Shown here: piece after piece, positions 12,836 through 23,330 of the stretch | Layout of the letters: each line of letters opens with the position of its first letter | Numbering within the stretch: position 1 is the first letter of the stretch | Translations under genes and position numbers: made by a program | The notes under the pieces: generated by a model | The model's database searches: none | The model's input: only the letters and a program-made list of their open reading frames with translations | Told to the model about the DNA's origin: nothing | Source: Squalus acanthias | Taxonomy: Eukaryota | Length of the DNA: 64,000 nt | Reading direction: 5' to 3' | NCBI GenBank assembly: GCA_030390025.1 | Contig: CM059438.1 | Span: 70,248,001-70,312,000 of the forward strand

Positions 12836-13849
12836 TTGGCAGGCGTAACTGTTCGTATCATTTGCACTGATCAGTTTACTTGGGGTTCCCCATTGTGTTT
12901 CTGCATGGTGAGAATTTCAAAGTGTAGTTGCACTGTGAAAAGGCACTGAATCATCGGCTTTACATATTGACTCACCATGCTAGATGCATCACCTTCAGTT
13001 GTTTAAAACCTGTTGAACTTGTAAAAGTGTCTTGACTTCTATTTATTAGCAACTTTTTAAAACTTTTAACTGCTCACCTTGTAAACTTTTTACCATTTAA
13101 CAAATTTTATGGATGTACAATCTTATGAATGAACGGACGCCAGGGTAAAGTGGGGGGAAACTAGAGGAATCATGGGATACTGATCTAATGTTATTAATCA
13201 TTTGCACTGTTTGCTAAATCGATCATTGTTACTTCGATTTAAAGTACTCCGTTCCTTACTTTAGATGTGTACTCGTGTTGTTTCTCCTTTGTAACATGTT
13301 TTTTTTTTAATTTTGACTGCCAAGTGTTGTTTGCCTGGTATATGTATTGAAAGAAAATCCAGATGATAGCTAGTTTTATATTGCAGGAAATCCATCATTC
13401 CATCAGTCAGTTTTAGTGAGTCGCAGCAATTTGCAGCTGAATGTGTAACAGTTGCGCTGTCGGAACCAGTGGTCCTGGCATGGTCTCACACAATGTAAAA
13501 GCAGCTTATGTCTCATTTACTTGATTAGGAGTTGATTTGCTTCCCTGTGAGCATGGAACATTGGTATAATGCTCATTTACACACATTAGCATTGAGCTCA
13601 TTTATAAATATCTCTTGCCACCATTAACAAACACTTAATGATGCATTTCAAGTGCCTTTCATTTTCTAATTGTAATTATGTGTATATAAATAATGCACAT
13701 GTACACATTGGTACTTCATTATTTTGTTTTCTATATTTACCCCTCCATGTCCATGCAAGTTTCTTTTTGTTGGAAATATGAGAGGTTCAGTCTCTGGACA
13801 TCATTTGTTACAGCTCCCCGATGGAAGAATTGTAACTGTGCAATAATAA

Positions 13850-14190
13850 GCCGCACCACAAGGTCCCAAGATCGATTGCTAGTCTGCATTAAGTTAGCTG
13901 ATAAAAGCTAGGGAAGCAGTAGGCCTGCCCCAGTCGACCTCAGTGGCCCAGGCTAGGGAGGGGGGGACAATCAATCAGAGTTCCTGCCCTTGATCATTAT
14001 TCTGTGATCGGTGACTCCTGGAACATTCTACATGTGGACATCACCTGAGGACAGGGTTCAGCTGTGATACACTCCACAGTCGACCTTCTTCTACGCTGTA
14101 CTCTTCTATGATTCTATGACTAGCTTGTCAACTCAATCATCTCAGCTAGACACTGGAAAGTAACAGTACCTATGGAACCATACCCTACAA
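13850..14190 (+). repeat. Old SINE-like repeat
   Basis: ggtcccaagatcgat..agttagctgat..ggctagggagggg..gttcctgcccttgatc family motifs. Confidence 0.5.
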
Positions 14191-15914
14191 AAACCTCACT
14201 AAAGTAAAAATGGGTTCCCACTGCACAGGTCTCACTTAGCCTGCTGTGACCCAAAGGTAAAGCTGCCAGGAATCTCTCAGGTCAGCAGCTGGGATAAGTA
14301 CCCTTTTGTTTTAACTGGTTACTGAATTTGAACCCAGGGTACAAAGAGGGAAGGCCATTCCCTTTGCTAGCACCTTCATCCCTCTCTTTCATAACCACAC
14401 AAGCACAAAGTATTACCCAGTTCTATGACTGCCGCAGTGTTTGCAGACAAGTTTGAGCAATTGCAGAGACTTGTGAGAAGAGCACTGAAGGGATATTTTT
14501 TCAGTTTGGCAAGCCACTCATTCTGCACTATCCAGCATCTTGGTGGACTGCTGAATTGTGGTGACTCGTGTGTGGTTCCATGGGTGGTAGGAGCCTTTCA
14601 TTACCTCATCCAAATGTCTCAGCATCGAGAGTGAGAATTAGGTGGCTGTTTAACTATAGGGGTTTGGGGTCAGCACAGCCAAGCCTGATTTTGCCCTCAT
14701 CTTATGTCCTTCCCAAAAGAAGTGGACTCACTGGATACATTTTCCTCACTCTAGTGTGAGAACACTGAGGCTACTTTTACTGCCCACATCTTGTTGTCCT
14801 GTGTTGACCAGCTAATCCAGTGCAGATCAGGGATCAAATCTGGGACTTGCCTGGTCTGTAGTAACACACCATTTACCCACTGACCCATTGAGGAGCCCTA
14901 AAGAGAACTTTTCATGAAGAGTTTACAATGTGCTCTTCATTTAAAATGATTGAAAGATGGCTGTGGAGTCACAATCTGCCACCCTGTTGGGTACTTATGT
15001 TGCCATGGGTATAGGTCAGGCTGCTTTGACTTGTTAATAGGCATCTTGACATTAGATCAGTACAGCTAAAAGAGGGAGACCCAATCTCTCTATCCAATGC
15101 ACCCTAGTGTGCAATCAAACCCAGCTCCTTTATCCTGATGGAATTCTGCAGTTAGGTTAAGGAAGGCAAATTTAGGAATGTAGCTTATTCTTCACATTTG
15201 CTCTCTATGGGTCTCTGTACAAAAGCAGAGCCTTGCCTGCCTAGAGATGGGATCCCCAGTTGAATGTAAATCTGCACGGACAATGCCCTGTCAGAATTGG
15301 ATGGAGCACTATGCGTAAACAAAATAGCATCTGCTAACTGCATGCTTTCCAACTTACCCATCAGGAAGACAATTTCTTTAACTACACAGCCTAATGGTTC
15401 AAGACTAACAGTGTATAGTTACCTTATGATGAAAACAGTAATTTCAGATTCAAACGGCTGATGGTGAAATGACCCATCAAAAGCACTGAATAGCCAGAAG
15501 AGAAAGAGCAATTTTGCACTTCAAAATAAGGACAATGAAAATCCACAGTAAAGATGATTGTGTTTGTTGGCTTTGATCTAATAATTTACTCTCTGGGGAA
15601 AGTCCGTTCCATTTGGATGTTACAGAAAGCAACACTTTCCGAGCAATAAAGTCACTGTTGTCAGCACAGTGAAGGCAGTAATAATTGTTCATCTTTCCAT
15701 TAGACACGGATCAGCTCTGCAGCCAGTAGAATTACTACCCAGGTTTAATAATGTTGCCTCTCAGTCTAATTATCTCGCCTGCTCTTGTGGTGATGTTCTG
15801 TGTTCAAGAGCTTGTGATATTGTAATTTATTTTATTGATGTTTTTTAATACAAGTATACAGTGGTTACAACGTTATAACTCTAGGAATAGACCATAAAAA
15901 CCAAAGTTAAGTGC

Positions 15915-16306
15915 CAGCTTGCCTCCGTTGGCAACGGTCTCACCTCTGAGTCAAGCGGTTGTGGGTTTAAGCTTCACTCCAGGATGTGTGCACAAAGTTT
16001 AGACTGAGTTCAGTGTAATAAAGAGGGAGTGCTGCGTTGTCGGAGATGAGATGTTAAACTGAGGTGCTATATACCTTTTGAGGTGGATGTTAAATGTCCT
16101 ATGGCACTACTCATAGAAGAGCAGTGAGTTCTCCTGGTGTTTTGGACAACAATCCTCCCTCAAAGCAACATCAGCAAAAAAAACAATTTTAACAGGTCAT
16201 TCATCTTCTTGCTGTTTGTGGGGCCTTTCTGCTTGCAAATTGGCTGCCTAGTTTGCTTACGTACTGACAGTGACTACGCTTCAAAAAGTCGTTCATTTGG
16301 ATGTGA
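15915..16306 (+). repeat. Deu-domain-type tRNA SINE, 5' part (provirus integration target; 3' part at 21324-21385)
   Basis: cacctctgagtca..gagggagtgctgc..gatgagatgttaaac..gctgtttgtggg..gtgactacgcttcaaaaag; same family at 41450/43447 and 62210; L2-like tail resumes after the provirus. Confidence 0.7.
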
Positions 16307-17452
16307 TGAAGGGATAATTACTAGTCCTAGCCCCTTTAGGGCTACCCCGGATCAGGCGTATTCCTCAGATCTTCACTTTCAACTAAAGTTTGAGGTAGCC
16401 GAATCCTAAAGACGCTTAATTGGGTCTGAAGGTCCGGACTATCTCTCCCTAAAGGAAAGGAACAACCTGAAAATGTTACTGTCCTCCAGATAGCACTTTT
16501 AATAAGTTTAGCTAGACTGTAACGTTCTGGATATTATGAGGGTCCGGAAAACTCCCCCAGAATTCTGCAACTCCTCACCAAAGAGTGTACAGAGATTGAG
16601 TTCGCGAGTTTGATACAGAAGTCTTATGTGAGACAATTCTAAAAATATATAGATTTATTAAAGAACCGACATGTAATTTACAGTTGGTGAGTCAATTGCA
16701 ACATTAACAGTTCCAAAAAGAGAGAGCCTACAATCCTATTATCAGAGAACCTTACTCTCAAATCATAACTTCGCTACAGTTTTTTCAGTTCTTAAAGTTC
16801 TATTCAGGATATTCACCAAAATCAAATACCTTTGATCCCCGAGGTACAAAGAGTTGGAGACTTACAGAGCTGCCTCTGAAGCTGAGAATCGCTTTGCCCC
16901 TTTAAAGTGAGTCTACTATCCCATTTGAGAGGTCAATATTTATACCCTTTTCCAGTGGTATTTCCTTTAAGGTTTTCTGCTGATGTAAGCTAATTATCTC
17001 CAGTCATTTTTCTGCTGACCCCTGCAATTCTTACAGTCACCTCAGCTGGTAGCATTATAGAATTATGTCTCTTCTCTAGGTGTTCTAAGTTTACCATAAA
17101 AAACAGTGTTATGGCAGGTGTGTTTTTTACTTGATGTCATTTTTACGAAGGCAGATGTTTCTTACTTTTATGTGCTTCTTTACGAAGTGTAAATTAGAAC
17201 ACCTTATCCAGGGTGAACCATTGTCTCATTCCGAAAGGTTCAGCCTGCCGGAGCCTTTAACCTTCTGTTTCAATAAGGTTATTGATTCAGTGTCAACAAC
17301 TATCTTATCTCTATAGCCAGAATGCTTTCACAGCTTTTTCATAGTTAGGTTTCTAGATTTCCAGACCCAGTTTGTCATGTTTTAATAAGGCCAGAATTCT
17401 TTCATAGAATGGTGTATTTTTCTGAATAGGTTATATGGCTTATTCCTTCACA
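16307..17452 (-). repeat. 3' LTR (1146 bp)
   Basis: Direct repeat of 20177-21319; TG..CA termini (TGTGAAGG..CCCTTCA on the minus strand). Confidence 0.97.
16654..16659 (-). terminator. Proviral polyadenylation signal AATAAA in the 3' LTR
   Basis: tttatt on +; conserved in the 5' LTR at 20524-20529; lies downstream of the TATA box. Confidence 0.65.
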
Positions 17453-17462
17453 CACCCCTCTT
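17453..17462 (-). promoter_or_regulatory. 3' polypurine tract (AAGAGGGG + TG)
   Basis: Purine tract 2 nt upstream of the 3' LTR; resembles the short foamy PPT AGGAGAGGG. Confidence 0.8.
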
Positions 17463-17736
17463 GACCAAAAAATGAGCTCAAACATCAGGGCAGAGTTTGG
17501 TCAATGTTACTAATAAGGTTACAATAGTACATTAATGTCACGAGATTCACAAGAGCCCAATCATGTGCTACATAAAAATTCTATTGAGTCATCCAGGACA
17601 ATATTTTGCCTTATTTTAAATTGAACACAAATTAAAAGAATGATAGGTACATTGTCATGCAATTAGCGAAACAACATGTACTTAGAATGTCCAATTGGCA
17701 GATGTACATTCCGTAGAGGTGAGTTATTCATACGAG

Positions 17737-18084
17737 TCAAGGAGACGTCATTTGGAACTGGCTGAAGCTTGACACGCTGTTCCATTGATCCAGCGTGAGG
17801 ACAGATTCTTGTTTTCGTAAAGGTCTTGCCGGGAGCTCAGTTGATTCCTTCCCCATCTGCAGTGTTTTCCTCCTTTGTTGAAGTAACTCGTTAATCTTTA
17901 CTTGTTTTGGTTGTGGCTTTTTGCGAATCCAATTCCTGAAGTGTTGCCAAGCATTGTGTGGAGCAGTCGGCGACACCGTCTGACTGACCGTCGTCAGTAG
18001 TTCGATCGCATCCATTTCCTGTGTCGTGCTCCAAGCTGGGTCTTGAAAGACAGTGTACGACTGCACCTTGTATTGTTCCTCCAT
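17737..18084 (-). pseudogene. env: Probable truncated env (leader-peptide region)
   Basis: 115-codon ORF overlapping the pol 3' end in another frame, as foamy env does; LTLDQW resembles foamy Env MTLQQW; no SU or TM follows. Confidence 0.55.
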
Positions 18085-19744
18085 TTCGGTATCCCGCAGG
18101 ACATCTTTTGAGATTGTCTATGGAGACAGTTTTAAGAATATGCTTGCAATTCGGCTGATTAATATGTATTTTAACTGTTCTTTCGTTAATAACGGAACGT
18201 ATTTGAACAGGTTTTTTCCACTTAGGTCTTAAACCAGGTTTTTGCTTGAACTTCTTTTCCTGTACCCATTCTCCTGCTAGAGGTTGCCATGCTTTGTTTG
18301 TCAATTTTTTCTGCCTATTTGCCTCCCTTATCCTCTGATCAATTTGATGAATCTCCTCTGTTACTTTTTTTAAATCTAACTGTCGCTGTCGGTTCAAGGA
18401 ATCAGAGAGTGTACTGGCAATAAAAGAACCATGAGTAAGTGGTGTATGCATCTCGACCCCATACATCAGATAATATGGAGTTTTTGGGGACACTGTCCCT
18501 GATGCAGATGCGGGCACATTATTAATTGATAGCTGCACCTCTGGAATGATGGCGGTCCACTTATTTCCCCTGATTCTCAACAGTTTGACTAATACCTTTT
18601 TTACTTCCTTGTTTTTACGTTCCACCAGCCCCGCTGATTGCGGATGACGTGGCGTGCTGTGCTCTAACTCAATCCCCCTTTGTTCGCAGTAGTCTTTGAA
18701 GACCTTGGAGACAAAGGCTCCGCCTTGATCGGAGTGTAAGATTTTGGGTGCACCAGCCACCGTAATTATGTCAGTAATAGCATTGGCAAGTGCGTTTTCC
18801 GAAACAGTTTTTGTGGGGACCAGCCAGCAGAAGGAAGTGCATCCATCTACACAAACGAGAACATGTCTGTATCCCAAAGACAGGGGAAGTGATCCAATAA
18901 AGTCAATAAAGAATTTTCCCATTGTCTCATCAGCTTTAACAGGAGCCAATGGTGGTGGCTTAATTAGTGATGACTTATTGGTTAAATTGCATGGCTCACA
19001 ATTTGCCACATATGATTTACAGGCCTTACACATGCCTGGCCACCAATATAAGGGAGTCAATTTGCAGAATGTTGTTCTGGCAACACAATGTGCTTGACCT
19101 ATGCCCTTGTGAGCTTCTTTTACAAGCTGTTCCCGTTTGTGTCTCGGGGGTACTTCTCGGTTTCCCTTGGGCAACTTAACGAGCACAATACCAGTAGGGG
19201 TTTCCGAGTAAAAGTACTTTGATGGATAGCCTGGTGGATTCTCTTTTGTTGGGTCTATTAGCTGAATCAGTTCCTCATCCTGATTAGCTGCCCGTTCTGC
19301 CCTAGTGATTACACTAATATTGGAAGGCCCCTCTCGAGGGGGTGTCATGCAGACCGAACATTTCGCTTGTTCGTCTGCAAGACTGTTTCCTTTTGAGTGT
19401 ACTGTCCCAGTGGTATGCCCGTTTACATGAATCAGCTGACAATTCTGTTTCTCCATCCTTGAACGGAGAATGTCTTCCCACAATGACTTATGTTTTATGG
19501 GTTTACCCTTATGATTGGTAAAGTTTGTTTGTTCCCAGAAAACTAGATCTTGGTTATATCCTCTTTTACAATCATCACTATCCGTACAGATTAATGTGGG
19601 TTTAATAGGGTCTGCCTTTTCTAAAGCATACTGTAGTGCTGAGGCTTCAGCATATTGCGCTGTCTTATGGCCAAGGGGTATGGACAGTAATTCTTCTGGA
19701 TAAAAAGAATAGGAATCTCGAAAAGTCCCTACTACTATCCCCAT
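17891..19744 (-). CDS. pol: Foamy-like Pol fragment: RNase H plus complete integrase (617-aa open frame; PR and RT absent)
   Basis: MGIV..SIPLGHKTAQYAE..TDS..GKPIKH..GNSLAD (foamy RNase H); GYP.KY N-terminal extension, H..H..YWWP..CEPC, FFIDFIG, HSDQG, STPRHPQS.G.VERKN, LRPKWKKP. Confidence 0.92.
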   Translation of the reverse strand: MGIVVGTFRDSYSFYPEELLSIPLGHKTAQYAEASALQYALEKADPIKPTLICTDSDDCKRGYNQDLVFWEQTNFTNHKGKPIKHKSLWEDILRSRMEKQNCQLIHVNGHTTGTVHSKGNSLADEQAKCSVCMTPPREGPSNISVITRAERAANQDEELIQLIDPTKENPPGYPSKYFYSETPTGIVLVKLPKGNREVPPRHKREQLVKEAHKGIGQAHCVARTTFCKLTPLYWWPGMCKACKSYVANCEPCNLTNKSSLIKPPPLAPVKADETMGKFFIDFIGSLPLSLGYRHVLVCVDGCTSFCWLVPTKTVSENALANAITDIITVAGAPKILHSDQGGAFVSKVFKDYCEQRGIELEHSTPRHPQSAGLVERKNKEVKKVLVKLLRIRGNKWTAIIPEVQLSINNVPASASGTVSPKTPYYLMYGVEMHTPLTHGSFIASTLSDSLNRQRQLDLKKVTEEIHQIDQRIREANRQKKLTNKAWQPLAGEWVQEKKFKQKPGLRPKWKKPVQIRSVINERTVKIHINQPNCKHILKTVSIDNLKRCPAGYRNGGTIQGAVVHCLSRPSLEHDTGNGCDRTTDDGQSDGVADCSTQCLATLQELDSQKATTKTSKD

Positions 19745-19769
19745 CCGAGCTGTGGATTGTTGGGAATGT

Positions 19770-19913
19770 CCCTTTTTTAATCGTCATTGATGATCCATCA
19801 AAAATTATTAGTTGGTCTTGTGGAGGTATAGGGATAGGATTATTTCCCCTAATAAAGCAATTGTTTGAATTTCCTAATAAAAAGACTTGGCCAATTCCGA
19901 CAGGGTTTGCCAT
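19770..19913 (-). pseudogene. Probable gag N-terminus fused to the first RNase H motif (DGS)
   Basis: ATG ORF ~245 nt after the PBS (MANPVGIGQVFLL..) reads into DGSS, 18 codons before MGIV if one base of the A6/G3 run at ~19770-19778 is removed. Confidence 0.5.
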
Positions 19914-20156
19914 TTTGTCAGGACCTAACCTCGGTTAGGATTTAATATGAACTTTGTAAGAAATTTCTATACCTCAATGGTATATTGAGGGAGTTCTGAT
20001 TTAAGTTCTCCAAGGCCTGATCAGGGACTTGTCGTCTCTGGAGACTTAAATCTGGGTCTTAGCCCACTGTCAGTAAAACACTCCTTCTATACTTAACAAT
20101 CTACGAGATGGATATAGATATAAATATAAGTATAGGTTTCTGTATCAACTCGTTAA

Positions 20157-20174
20157 CACACACGTTGGGCACCA
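20157..20174 (-). promoter_or_regulatory. Primer-binding site, tRNA-Lys1,2-like
   Basis: TGGTGCCCAACGTGTGTG, 2 nt after the 5' LTR; 14/18 match to TGGCGCCCAACGTGGGGC, the primer type used by foamy viruses. Confidence 0.9.
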
Positions 20175-20728
20175 ACTGAAGGGATAATTACTAGTCCTAG
20201 CCCCTTTAGGGCGACCCCGGATCAGGCGTATTCCTCAGACGTTCACTTTCAACTAAAGTTTGAGGTAGCCGAATCCTAAAGACGCTTAATTGGGTCTAAA
20301 GGTCCGGACTATCTCTCCCTAAAGGAAAGGAACAACCTGAAAATGTTACCGTCCTCCAGATAGCACTTTTAATAAGTTTAGCTAGAGTGTAACGTTCCGG
20401 ATATTATGAGGGTCCGGAAAACTCCTCCAGAATTCTGCAACTCCTCAACAAAGAGTGTACAGAGATTCAGTTCGTGAGTTTGATACAGATGTCTTATGTG
20501 AGACAATTCTAAAAATATATAGATTTATTAAAGAACCGACATGTAATTTACAGTTCGTAAGTCAATCGCAACATTAACAGTTCCAAAAAGAGAAAGCTTA
20601 CAATCCTATTGTCAGAGAACCTTACTCTCAAATCTTAACTTCGCTACAGTTTTACAGTTCTTAAAGTTCTATTCAGGATATTCACCAAAATCAAATACCT
20701 TTGATCCCCGAGGTACAAAGAGTTGGAG

Positions 20729-20734
20729 ACTTAC
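20729..20734 (-). promoter_or_regulatory. Putative major splice donor (GTAAGT) in R
   Basis: About 75 nt downstream of the TATA box, i.e. ~50 nt after the expected start site; present in both LTRs. Confidence 0.6.
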
Positions 20735-20807
20735 AGAGCCGCCTCTGAAGCCGAGAATCGCTTTGCCCCTTTAAAGCGAGTCTGCTATCCCATTTGAGAG
20801 CTCAAAA

Positions 20808-20813
20808 TTTATA
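20808..20813 (-). promoter_or_regulatory. LTR TATA box (GGGTATAAA)
   Basis: Present in both LTRs (also 16939-16944), upstream of the splice donor and poly(A) signal. Confidence 0.7.
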
Positions 20814-21659
20814 CCCTTTTCCAGTGGTATTTCGTTAAGATTTTCTGTGATGTAAGCTAATTATCTCTAGTCATTTTTCTGCTAACCCCTGCAATTCTTC
20901 TTACAGTCACCTCAGCTGGTAGCATTACAGAATTATGTCTCGTTAGGTGTTCTAAGTTTACCATAAAAAACAGTGTTACGGCAGGTGTGTTTTTTACTTG
21001 ATGTCATTTTTACGAAGGCAGATGTTTCTTACTTTTATGTGCTTCTTTACGAAGTGTAAATTAGAACACCTTATCCAGGGTGAACCATTGTCTCATTCCG
21101 AAAGGTTCAGCCTGCCAGAGCCTTTAACCTTCTGCTTCAATAAGGTTATTGATTCAGTGTCAACAACTATCTTATCTCTATAGCCAGAATGCTTTCACAG
21201 CTTTTTCATAGTTAGGTTTCTAGATTTTCAGACCCAGTTTGTCATGTTTTAATATGGTCAGAATTCTTTCATAGAATGTTGTATTTTTCTGAATAGGTTA
21301 TATGGCTTATTCCTTCACAGTGAAGGTCTTTGAGATGTCCTGAAGGTGTGATATGGCACAACATAAACATGAGTCCACACTTTCTTCCAGCTTGTTGTTT
21401 TGAGGTAACAGAGAGAGAAAGGAAAATAAATGAGGGAATAAAAAAATGACTTAGGATGCATTTACACTACAACTTCAGCATCAGATCTTGGTCTACGCTG
21501 ACCAGGTCCCAAGAAACTCACTCTAAGGATGATCGGTTCACAGAGTGGAACTGAATCAGAAGTTATACTGTGGCTTGGTTTTTGCCAACTACACAACAAG
21601 ACATGGGAACAACTCTTATGTTCACACAGGCATTATGATTTAATTATCATTTGTGTAAT

Positions 21660-22055
21660 GTCGCTCCACCACCGGCACACCATGGCTGAAGTGTGTACCA
21701 TCTACAAGATGCACCGCACCAACTCGCCAAGGCTTCTTTGGCAGCACCTCCCAAACCCGCGACCTCTTTCGCCTAGAAAGACAAGGGCAGCAGGCACATG
21801 GGAACACCACCAGCTGCAATTTCCCCTCCAAGTCACACACCATCCTGACTTGGAAATATATTGCTGTTCCTTCATAGTCGCTGGGTCAAAATCCTGGAAC
21901 TCGCTCTCTAACAGCACTGTGGGAGTACCTTCACCACACGGACTGCAGCGGATGAAGAAGACGGCTCTCCACCACCTTCTCAAGGGCAATTAGGAATGGG
22001 CAATAAATGCTGGCCTTGACAGCAATGTCCACATCCCATGAATGAATAAAAAAAA
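21660..22055 (+). mobile_element. 3' fragment of the same LINE family as 10730-12459
   Basis: Highly similar to 12055-12450 (SLHHR..CT.YKMH..WNSL; cccatgaatgaataaaa tail). Confidence 0.9.
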
Positions 22056-22239
22056 TTGTACATTGTTATTGTTTGGTTATCATATTTGTGGTGTCCTAGG
22101 GCACTTGCCTTAATATTTTCTGTTCCCATTTGATGACACTGGCGCAACTCAGTGTCACCCCTACAGGTTTTCCAAACAAGGCCCAATTCCTAATTTGATC
22201 ATAGCTTTAAAACAATCCAAAGGGAACTCTCCTGCTCAC

Positions 22240-22860
22240 TTAGTGGATAACTGCATCAAAACGTGGTGTGTGGATCCATGGAGACCAGGAGATCTCTGGT
22301 TCAATCCTTGCTCTGCGCTGAGTTGGTTGATCTCAGCCAGGGCAGCAACTGGTGTGACACCAATTGGCTGCAGGTCTCCAGGACCAGGAAGCAAAGAAAT
22401 CCTGAATCAGATCACTAATCTTGTGACTGTTACTGTAAGTGTAAATGTGGAGGCAGGACTGGACGCTGCTCTGATACCCTTAAATAACCCACAGAAACTG
22501 ACGGTCCAGGCTCATACGAACATACAAAATTGACGGACAGGAAAAGATTAGCTGGTGCATCAAGCCTGTCCCACACCTCATGATGGCTGGAGCATCCTGA
22601 CTCGACACATCTCTATTCCTCCTTCACACCCCCCTCCCAAACCCCTTCACACCCCCACAACCGTATAATCTCCTGGAAGAGGGGGACAAAACGGAGAAAA
22701 GACCTGGCCAATCGGAAAAAATATGCTGGAAAATTAATTTCCAACCCCCCTCAGACATAAAGAGTGGTCACTTGGGCAAGGTGCAGTAGAGCGGCAAATA
22801 CTTGTTGAACTGTAATCCTGCCAGAGTCCGCACCTTCAGGAGGAGAGGGGAAACTTAAAA
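22240..22860 (+). repeat. Old SINE-like repeat with an inverted CR1-tail-like insert (~22515-22760)
   Basis: ggttcaatcc..gctgagttggttgatctcagccagggc..caggctcatac, resuming gtcacttgggcaagg..ccttcaggaggagagggg. Confidence 0.5.
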
Positions 22861-23330
22861 ATAAAGAGAGAAAAGTATATCTGCTCTGCATGAGAGGCAA
22901 AAAAAATCTTCAAAATGGGTCACGTCTGTGGTGTGATTTTTGGCAGGTAACTGTCTATATTGTTTGACCTTTATTCTGGGAAAATTAAAGATCAATTGAA
23001 AGGCACCACAGCTTTAGAGTATCTGTCAGGGAATCCTAAGATTTTATCAGTCTGGACTGCTGGCCATTTGCAGTTGCTGTCATTTGGTCTGACAGACCGG
23101 TAAGTTGACTGTGAAACCCAAAGGTCTGCAGCGAACAAGCCTGACGTTTAATGATTCAATAAATTATCTAAGATGCATGAATCAATTTGAGTCATGTTCT
23201 AAGCATCACTGGCTGCTTTAGAAAAGTTTTAAAAAGCTGTTTTTATACGTAAAAGGCGCTTTTATATATTTCTTCAAAATGAGTCAAATTTGTTTAGATA
23301 GAAAGCCAATAATTAGAAATGGAAAACTAT

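Larger units (their letters stand above)
16307..21319 (-). mobile_element. Endogenous foamy-virus-like (spumaretrovirus) provirus, internally deleted
   Basis: Paired LTRs, GTGA TSD (16303-16306 and 21320-21323), Lys1,2-like PBS, PPT, foamy-type RNase H/integrase ORF. Confidence 0.95.
20177..21319 (-). repeat. 5' LTR (1143 bp)
   Basis: About 96% identical by eye to 16307-17452; abuts the PBS. Confidence 0.97.

Noticed and set aside
15477..15707. 76-aa minus-strand ORF in unique sequence
   Set aside because: Non-ATG start, no recognisable domain or clear splice context
17225..17270. Hairpin in U3 as a foamy miRNA cassette
   Set aside because: Stem too short and no convincing Pol III boxes or dumbbell visible by eye
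17131..17316. Identical 61-aa ORFs at 17131 and 20998
   Set aside because: Antisense within the two LTRs, non-ATG start; identity is explained by LTR duplication
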